The position numbers and the translations under genes were made by a program. A stretch of DNA of 5,547 nt. It comes from Paraspadella gotoi. Its lineage: Eukaryota; Animalia; Chaetognatha. The notes below the pieces were generated by a model. That model was not told the origin of the DNA and searched no databases. It saw only the letters and a program-made list of their open reading frames with translations. Position 1 is the first letter of the stretch. Every line of letters starts with the position of its first letter. This document shows, piece by piece, positions 1-5,547 of the stretch. The stretch is taken from contig JBJCIZ010000053.1 in the NCBI GenBank assembly GCA_051294375.1, positions 1 through 5,547 of the forward strand, read 5' to 3'.

Positions 1-28
1 TAGCGAGCCTCCAAGAGCTTGCCACACA
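1..28 (+). repeat. Probable 3' tail (U5) of the 5' LTR
   Basis: Ends in CA (at 26 or 28) immediately before the TGG of the PBS. No second copy in the window to confirm it. Confidence 0.5.
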
Positions 29-108
29 TGGTGAGACTACGACGAACCCAGCCAACCTTCAAGAAGGGGAATCCAGCGGAAAAACACCTTTTCCAAGGTA
101 AGATCGGG
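28..108 (+). other. Leader ORF start (MVRLRRTQPTFKKGNPAEKHLFQ...) containing a candidate 5' splice donor AG|GTAAGA at 97/98
   Basis: ATG at 28-30 is open through a near-consensus donor; if unspliced it stops at TGA 109-111. Use is inferred. Confidence 0.45.
29..44 (+). promoter_or_regulatory. Primer-binding site (imperfect tRNA-Trp-like)
   Basis: TGGTGAGACTACGACG directly follows ...CCACACA. The metazoan tRNA-Trp PBS is TGGTGACCCCGACG; TGGTGA and CGACG match, the middle differs. Confidence 0.65.
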
Positions 109-388
109 TGAATAAAGTGGGAATTAAGCTTACTACCCGGTCGTGCTCACGCTTTTTCCCTTTTACTTTGTTCCAAAATTCCCCAATCGATCGTCGGAGC
201 CACGTACGNNNNNNNNNNGCGGACAAGACCTCCGATCACGACTTCGTTCAGCGCAACGAGAAGTAGGCGACTCGAGCAGACTACAACTGCCCATAGGCTT
301 TGGCAGAGGACACAGATCGCGATCTACATCTCCAGTGTTCGCTGACGCCTCTCCATCATTCGATTTCCAAGCGACAAACGCACCGGAA

Positions 389-1282
389 ATGGCGACAAAC
401 GGCGCCGCCTCGATCGACGCCGCCCCTCGCGAACTACAGGATGAAAATGACGAATTACGTGCAGCATTGGCCGCCGCCACTCGCGCCCTCGAACGTGCTG
501 CAAGCAGGAAACCCGACCTCCCAGAATTCGATACAAGTAACATAGAAATATGGATTAAGAGAATGGAGGCGGCTTACACTCGATCAGGCGTCACAGCACC
601 GAAGAATAAATTCGCACACCTCGAGGCAAAGATCGGAATTAACGTGGATCCTACAATAAACAAATTCCTCTTTGGCGACGCCACAGAGGAGACATGGAGA
701 CAATTCATCGCTTACTTAAGGAAAGAATTCGGCCTCACTCGTCGACAACAGGCGGCAAAGATCCTTGACGCCCTCGACGTCGACGCTGTAAAACCTTCAA
801 AGATGTTAGCGCAGTTGGAGGAAAAAACTAAATCTCTAACCGTCGACGACATCAGAAAGGAAAAGATTTTGCGCGAGATGCCCGTCGAAGTGAGAAGGCA
901 ACTGGAGGATAAAGTCGACGAACTCTCAGCCCATGAGCTCTGTCAGCTGGCGGACAAGCATTTCGACTCAGACGGAAATCTCAAAATCCGTCAAGCATCG
1001 TCACTAGTGAGCCACGTCGACAATCGCCCAGAGGAGTTCGACAGCGAATCAGAANNNNNNNNNNNNNNNNNNNTCGTCGACAGGCGCCAGAAAAAATTCA
1101 ACGGCGTCAAACGACGAGGAGCTCCGCCACAGAAAGACAAGACAAGATCAAAACTCACGACGCTTTGCGCAAAGCATGTTAAGTTTGGAGATTCCGCCTG
1201 GTCTTGTGATCCAGGCTGCGCACGTTTCGAAGAGGTTCAACGCAAAAAAGAGGGAAACGCCAAGGGGGGACGCCGCAGGTGA
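389..1282 (+). CDS. gag: Gag polyprotein (297 aa from the first in-frame ATG): N-terminal coiled-coil-like helix, capsid-like region, C-terminal CHCC zinc knuckle
   Basis: First in-frame ATG at 389 in good context (GAAATGG). The ORF-track start at 143 is a GTG. LPEFDTSNIEIWIKRMEAAY resembles the LPxF...W...E start of CsRn1-type Gag. CAKHVKFGDSAWSCDPGC = C-x2-H-x9-C-x3-C. Stop TGA at 1280-1282. Confidence 0.9.
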   Translation: MATNGAASIDAAPRELQDENDELRAALAAATRALERAASRKPDLPEFDTSNIEIWIKRMEAAYTRSGVTAPKNKFAHLEAKIGINVDPTINKFLFGDATEETWRQFIAYLRKEFGLTRRQQAAKILDALDVDAVKPSKMLAQLEEKTKSLTVDDIRKEKILREMPVEVRRQLEDKVDELSAHELCQLADKHFDSDGNLKIRQASSLVSHVDNRPEEFDSESEXXXXXXXVDRRQKKFNGVKRRGAPPQKDKTRSKLTTLCAKHVKFGDSAWSCDPGCARFEEVQRKKEGNAKGGRRR

Positions 1283-1320
1283 ACGCCGCCGTCCCCCAGG
1301 AGTCAACTCGTTCACCGGCG
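1252..1320 (+). promoter_or_regulatory. Programmed -1 ribosomal frameshift element (slippery heptamer G GGA AAC + predicted H-type pseudoknot)
   Basis: GGGAAAC at 1252-1258 is in X XXY YYZ phase with gag, followed by a 6-nt spacer. Stem 1: GGGGGACG 1265-1272 / CGTCCCCC 1290-1297. Stem 2: GGTGAACG 1278-1285 / CGTTCACC 1309-1316. Pol lies in the -1 frame. Confidence 0.88.
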
Positions 1321-4300
1321 TCAAACAAATTGATCTTCATTCGCGACGCCGGGGACAGGACGCGGTGGCTTGTAGACGGAGGCGCACTATTATCGATAGT
1401 TCCACCTACATCACAGCAGAAAGAAAGAGGCCCAGATCCTCAGATCAAATTGCAAGCGGCAAATGGCACAGCAATCGACTGCTATGGAACAATCAAAAGA
1501 ACAGTGAAACTAGGAAATCGAGAATTCGAATATGACTTTGTCGTCGCCAATGTGAAGCAAAATATCCTTGGCGCCGATTTCCTAGCAGAACACTTCCTGG
1601 CGCCCAATCACCGCGACGGCCTCCTAATCGACCTCAAAGATCTGTCAACCATAGCGGCGTCGATATCGAATGAAACGACCGCTCACGTCAACTTTGTGGA
1701 TAGAAAGGGAGAGAAGTTCTACAAGTTACTGGAATCCTTCCCCTCATTATCGACACCGACTTTCGAAACGAAAGAGCCAAGACATGGGGTCACCCACTCC
1801 ATTCCAACGGAAGGGCGCCCCTGTCAATCACGCGCAAGGCGACTAGACCCTGAAAAATTGGCAGTGGCAAAACGAGAGTTAGAGAAAATGGTTTCTCTAG
1901 GAATAGCAAAGAGGGGAAAGTCGGAATGGTCGTCCCCGTTGCACGTGGTCTCCAAACCTGATGGAGGCTGGAGGTGTTGCGGTGACTACCGCCGTCTAAA
2001 TGCTCAAACGGTANNNNNNNNNNACCCCGTTAAATTGCTATCCGACTTCAACTCCCAGCTAGAGGGAAAGACCATATTTTCAAAGATTGACCTATTAAAA
2101 GGTTATCATCAGATACCGGTAAACCCAGCTGATGTGAAAAAAACGGCCGTCATAACGCCATTTGGTCTATACGTCTTCCCTCGTTGCCCATTTGGACTCA
2201 AAAACGCTGGGCAANNNNNNNNNNGTCTGATGGATGAGATTCTGGGGGATGTGCCTCATACGTTCGTCTACTTAGACGATATTTTGGTGGCGTCGACATC
2301 CCCAGAAGAGCATCTTCAAGACCTGGAACGCGTCTTCAAGGCGTTAGATGAAAACGGATTGGTGGTCAACACCAAAAAGTGTTTGCTCGGGCAAGAGTCA
2401 CTTGAATTCCTTGGATTTCTCGTCGACAAAAACGGCGTCCGCCCGCTTCCCGAGAGAGTACAAACCTTGCAGCAGACAACAAGACCGACATCTGTCAAGG
2501 AGCTCCAAAGGTTCCTTGGCATGATGAACTACTATCGCAGGTTTATTCCACGAGTCGCTCATCGATGCGCCCCATTATATGAGGCACTGAGCGGTAAACC
2601 TAAAGCGTTAGTTTGGACAGATGAGTGTGAACGCGCGTTCGAGGCTATCAAGGAAGGCCTCATATCAGCCGCCCTTCTACACCATCCACGCACGGGAGCA
2701 CAACTGTGCATAACGACGGACGCATCAGATCACGCCGTCGGCGCAGTGCTAGAGCAGAGAGGTCCTAAGGGTTGGGAACCCTTAGCTTTTTTCTCTGCTA
2801 AACTCGCGAAAAACCAAAAGCTATGGCCTCCCTTCGACAGGGAACTATTCGGGGCATTCAGAGCTGTGCGTCATTTTCGACATTGGGTGGAGGGAAGAGC
2901 CTTCACCATATATACAGATCATCAAAGCCTGGTCTCAGCAATTCGAAAAAAGAGTGAACCTCAGACCGCTCGCCAATCGTTCCAGTTATCAGCGATAGCA
3001 GAGTTCACTACAGACATTCGGTATTTGAAAGGAAAAGCAAATGTTGTAGCAGATGCTCTTTCGCGACCTAACGCCACTCTAGAAGCAGAAAAAACATCCT
3101 CGAGTTCGACTACAAACGTTTTAGCGTCGAAAAACGAGACCGAGAGCAAGAAAAATGCATCGAAAACAAACTCTGCTATAAAAGCCGGCCAAATAGCACC
3201 TACCGGAAATAACGCGAGTGAAGAAACGAGTCCAAAGACAATCGCGAACGTCCAGGCTAGCCATTCGGCAGCTAATCCGATACCATTCGACAAAAACGCG
3301 ACAGAAAAAAATTTCCCAGCCAATTTAGCCAGCCAAACGACATCTACCATTTTCGAAAAACAAAATTCCGCGCTCGACGCCTTAGAAACGCAACGAAACA
3401 GCGAAAAGAGCGACCGACCGATCAGAGAGGACCGCCTAGAGGACGTCAACGCCCTCATCGCCTCTCTAACGAGCTACGAGATAGATTTCGAAGAAATGGC
3501 GAAGGAACAAGTCCTCGACGCAGACTTTCAGCGAATAGCGAGCGACGCCAGAACAGGACTCACTTTCAGAAAGATTCGCGTAGGAGATCAGGACCTCCTA
3601 GCGGACATATCTAATGGACCTGCNNNNNNNNNNGTCCCAGCTGCTTCACGTAGAAAAATATTCGACATAATTCATGGCTTAGGCCATCCAGGCGTCGAAG
3701 CTACGCGAAAAGCAATTACAGCTAAATTTGTATGGACTAACATGCGTCAGGATATTACTCGTTGGGCCAGAGACTGTTTATCCTGCCAAAAGGCGAAGAT
3801 CAATAAACACACGGTCCCAGAAATAGGCGACTTTAAAATTCCAGCTCGACGCTTCCAGCATTTAAATCTGGATTTAGTCAAAATGCCCAGATCTAACGGT
3901 TTCTCTCATCTCCTTACCATAGTCGATAGATTTTCTCGATGGCCAACTGCAATCCCAATAAAGGATACATTAACGCCTACAATAATCGACGCGTTAAGCT
4001 TAAACTGGATAAGCATATTTGGGACACCATCAATTATCACGACTGACCGGGGCAGCCAGTTTACATCTACCCTCTGGAGACAACTGACGAAACAATGGGG
4101 CATTAAGAGTCAACTAACCACAGCTTACCACCCACAAGCTAATGGCTTAGTAGAAAGATTTCATAGGCGGCTAAAAGAATCGCTTATGGCCTTGGCAAGC
4201 GATCAAAAAGAGCAATGGTACTGGAAACTACCATTGACACTTCTAGCCATTCGAACGACCATAAAAGAGGATATAGGGGCGTCAGCCGCCGATCTAGTGT

Positions 4301-5007
4301 TCGGCGAGGGCATCGGAGTTCCAGGCAGCCTCATAGGTGACGCTCAGAACAACAACAACGCGCTCAACCAACAAAGAAGAAATCAACTGTCGAAACTTCG
4401 CGTGGAGGTCGCACGATTAGAACCGAAGCCAACATCCGCGCATCGTCAGCCAGCGATTCATCTCCCGACAGGCTTAGACACGGCAAAGTATGTATTTCTG
4501 AGAAGAGCAGGCGTTCAACCCCCCCTTATTCCTCCCTACGAAGGTCCGTTCCGCGTCATTCATCGAAATGGCGTCAACATAACAATCGACATCCCAAGCA
4601 CAGGACGCGAGACGGTCAACGTCGCTCGCGTCAAGCCAGCATGGATCGACGACGACGACGAGGAGATAGAGGAACAAGAACCACGCCAGGAGAGGCCTCC
4701 AGGTCGACGACCAGGATTCAGAACGAGGCAGCCCGCGCCAACGACGAGAAAAACTCGATCAAGCAATTTGCGCGCCGCTTCGCCTCCTTCTTCGCCTCCT
4801 CCTCCTCCTCCTCTTCCTCCTCCTCCTCCCCCAACTTCCCCAACTTACCCCAACCAACCCCAGCCTTCCCCCAACACCCCCATATCCCCTCAACGCTTTT
4901 TCCTTCCATCTTCCTATTCTCCCGAGCTTCCACGCAACACGACTCCATCGAAAACGGGAGAAGAAGAGAATGACAACAACAACAAATTCGAAAAACAAGA
5001 AAATTGA
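1258..5007 (+). CDS. pol: Pol polyprotein (aspartic protease, reverse transcriptase, RNase H, integrase with GPF/Y module), most likely translated as a Gag-Pol fusion by -1 frameshift
   Basis: Protease LVDGGA...ILGADFL; RT WSSPLHVV, DYRRLN, FSKIDLLKGYHQIP, PFGLKNA, YLDD (2269-2280); RNase H TDAS (2716-2727), DREL, TDH, ADALSR (3049-3066); integrase HGLGH...CLSC, LDLV, TDRGSQF, NGLVERFHR; GPF (4543-4551). The track start at 1279 is a GTG; the frame is already open from the slip site. Confidence 0.96.
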   Translation, partial: RQGGTPQVNAAVPQESTRSPASNKLIFIRDAGDRTRWLVDGGALLSIVPPTSQQKERGPDPQIKLQAANGTAIDCYGTIKRTVKLGNREFEYDFVVANVKQNILGADFLAEHFLAPNHRDGLLIDLKDLSTIAASISNETTAHVNFVDRKGEKFYKLLESFPSLSTPTFETKEPRHGVTHSIPTEGRPCQSRARRLDPEKLAVAKRELEKMVSLGIAKRGKSEWSSPLHVVSKPDGGWRCCGDYRRLNAQTVXXXXPVKLLSDFNSQLEGKTIFSKIDLLKGYHQIPVNPADVKKTAVITPFGLYVFPRCPFGLKNAGQXXXXLMDEILGDVPHTFVYLDDILVASTSPEEHLQDLERVFKALDENGLVVNTKKCLLGQESLEFLGFLVDKNGVRPLPERVQTLQQTTRPTSVKELQRFLGMMNYYRRFIPRVAHRCAPLYEALSGKPKALVWTDECERAFEAIKEGLISAALLHHPRTGAQLCITTDASDHAVGAVLEQRGPKGWEPLAFFSAKLAKNQKLWPPFDRELFGAFRAVRHFRHWVEGRAFTIYTDHQSLVSAIRKKSEPQTARQSFQLSAIAEFTTDIRYLKGKANVVADALSRPNATLEAEKTSSSSTTNVLASKNETESKKNASKTNSAIKAGQIAPTGNNASEETSPKTIANVQASHSAANPIPFDKNATEKNFPANLASQTTSTIFEKQNSALDALETQRNSEKSDRPIREDRLEDVNALIASLTSYEIDFEEMAKEQVLDADFQRIASDARTGLTFRKIRVGDQDLLADISNGPXXXXVPAASRRKIFDIIHGLGHPGVEATRKAITAKFVWTNMRQDITRWARDCLSCQKAKINKHTVPEIGDFKIPARRFQHLNLDLVKMPRSNGFSHLLTIVDRFSRWPTAIPIKDTLTPTIIDALSLNWISIFGTPSIITTDRGSQFTSTLWRQLTKQWGIKSQLTTAYHPQANGLVERFHRRLKESLMALASDQKEQWYWKLPLTLLAIRTTIKEDIGASAADLVFGEGIGVPGSLIGDAQNNNNALNQQRRNQLSKLRVEVARLEPKPTSAHRQPAIHLPTGLDTAKYVFLRRAGVQPPLIPPYEGPFRVIHRNGVNITIDIPSTGRETVNVARVKPAWIDDDDEEIEEQEPRQERPPGRRPGFRTRQPAPTTRKTRSSNLRAASPPSSPPPPPPLPPPPPPTSPTYPNQPQPSPNTPISPQRFFLPSSYSPELPRNTTPSKTGEEENDNNNKFEKQEN
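4783..4890 (+). repeat. (CCT)n / C-rich low-complexity tract encoding polyproline in the Pol C-terminal tail
   Basis: cctccttcttcgcctcctcctcctcctcctcttcctcctcctcctccccca... translates to PPSSPPPPPPLPPPPPPTSPTYPNQPQPSPNTPISP. Confidence 0.9.
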
Positions 5008-5275
5008 GCCAACGTGCCGGTTTTCGAAGCCGACAGCAGAAAATTTCTCAAATAAACATTACTCTCGACCTACATATGCAGTTGTCCTCAAGGAGATGCT
5101 TCAAAGGAATCAAAAAGCGAACAACGACAACAACGACAACAATACAAAAACAAAAGACAAAAACCCCGCTGTCGCCCTAACGAGTCACCGGAGTCGGTCT
5201 TTATCCATCTTCACTCCATCAGCATCCTCGGCATCGACTCCGGCAACCCGTGATACAGTNNNNNNNNNNATTTAA
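4970..5275 (+). CDS. Short ORF (101 aa) overlapping the pol end; hypothetical, or a frameshifted continuation of the Pol tail
   Basis: ATG at 4970 in the +1 frame relative to pol. It ends where the AT-rich region begins and is partly low complexity, with no recognisable domain. The end is uncertain because of the N-run at 5260-5269. Confidence 0.3.
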   Translation: MTTTTNSKNKKIEPTCRFSKPTAENFSNKHYSRPTYAVVLKEMLQRNQKANNDNNDNNTKTKDKNPAVALTSHRSRSLSIFTPSASSASTPATRDTXXXXI

Positions 5276-5468
5276 ATATTATTTTTCGGTATTTTTGGTT
5301 TTTGAAATTTTTGNNNNNNNNNNATATTACAAACGTTATTTTAAGGAATCGTCAGTCGGTCTATTTTAATACAGTATTGAACCCTTTTTATTATATTAAT
5401 TGTAAATATTGTTCATCATCATTCTATCAGGCATTCGGTGGACGACAACATTTATGTATGAAATATTA

Positions 5469-5500
5469 TTAACTTATTTTATCGCTATATATTTCAACAG
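5469..5500 (+). promoter_or_regulatory. Candidate 3' splice acceptor (branch-like TTAAC 5469-5473, T-rich tract, TTTCAACAG|C)
   Basis: TTAACTTATTTTATCGCTATATATTTCAACAG has no AG between branch site and acceptor, and composition shifts to less AT-rich after 5500. Confidence 0.45.
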
Positions 5501-5507
5501 CGGGGGA
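5499..5507 (+). promoter_or_regulatory. Possible polypurine tract (AGCGGGGGA)
   Basis: G5 run after an AT-rich 3' region, where a PPT is expected. It is short and followed by TATAG rather than the canonical TG LTR start. Confidence 0.4.
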
Positions 5508-5547
5508 TATAGCCACTCGAATGGATTTATTCATTTGGGATAAATCG

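Larger units (their letters stand above)
1..5547 (+). mobile_element. Ty3/Gypsy LTR retrotransposon, internal region (CsRn1/Kabuki/Boudicca-like clade)
   Basis: Seen: gag followed by pol with domain order protease-RT(YLDD)-RNase H-integrase, a GPF motif, and TGG-initiated PBS after ...CA. Established: integrase after RT/RH defines Ty3/Gypsy (with RT motifs arguing against Bel/Pao); a CHCC Gag knuckle and tRNA-Trp PBS typify the CsRn1 clade. Clade call is from motif recognition only, and the ends are not defined. Confidence 0.96.

Noticed and set aside
111-172. AATAAA (111-116) followed by a T-rich tract as a premature poly(A) site or splice acceptor
   Set aside because: AATAAA is common by chance, and the pyrimidine tract has no nearby YAG; cannot be supported from sequence alone.
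143-388. ORF-track Gag start at GTG 143
   Set aside because: GTG start is a prokaryotic-style call; ATG389 has good Kozak context and precedes the recognisable Gag sequence.
163-545. Short overlapping ORFs 163-543(-), 300-545(+), 324-536(-)
   Set aside because: GC-rich shadow ORFs of the leader and gag start; no independent support.
1244-1250. AAAAAAG as an alternative slippery heptamer
   Set aside because: Not in X XXY YYZ phase with gag (reads CGC AAA AAA GAG) and too far from stem 1; GGGAAAC fits both phase and spacing.
1176-1535. 119-aa + strand ORF across the gag/pol junction
   Set aside because: Third-frame shadow ORF over the zinc knuckle and protease; no recognisable motif.
4474-4998. 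Several minus-strand ORFs with poly-E, poly-R or poly-S runs, and + ORF 4641-4973
   Set aside because: By-products of the CCT/GAC low-complexity tracts, which lack stop codons in most frames.
1279-5007. Prokaryotic RT system (retron, group II intron, DGR) or CRISPR array
   Set aside because: RT is embedded in a PR-RT-RH-IN polyprotein downstream of gag; no repeat-spacer array or bacterial gene organisation is visible.
209-5323. Seven N-runs (209-218, 1055-1073, 2014-2023, 2215-2224, 3624-3633, 5260-5269, 5314-5323)
   Set aside because: Technical masking or ambiguity, not biology. Those in pol keep the expected motif spacing (e.g. TVxxxYP, NAGQxxxRLMD), so they are not evidence of pseudogenisation, though hidden stops cannot be excluded.

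Overview
The window is essentially the internal region of one eukaryotic Ty3/Gypsy (Metaviridae) LTR retrotransposon on the + strand. It is best assigned to the CsRn1/Kabuki/Boudicca-like lineage, based on the Gag C-x2-H-x9-C-x3-C knuckle and a tRNA-Trp-like PBS. Layout: probable 5' LTR tail (1-28), PBS-like site (29-44), leader, gag (ATG 389-1282), then pol in the -1 frame (PR-RT-RNaseH-IN-GPF, to 5007), an AT-rich tail and a G-rich PPT-like tract (~5499-5507). Gag and pol are joined by a clear -1 frameshift signal: a G GGA AAC heptamer followed by a predicted H-type pseudoknot. Unusual points: (i) a short AUG leader ORF starting on the PBS contains a strong splice donor, and a strong acceptor at 5500 would join it in frame to an ORF running off the window end, suggesting a spliced third gene; (ii) a DGG protease active site; (iii) a ~125-aa insertion between RNase H and integrase that coincides with a hydrophobic antisense ORF; (iv) a long polyproline integrase tail. 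No second LTR copy is visible, so the LTR boundaries are inferred. Seven N-runs mask sequence; the three in pol preserve frame and motif spacing.
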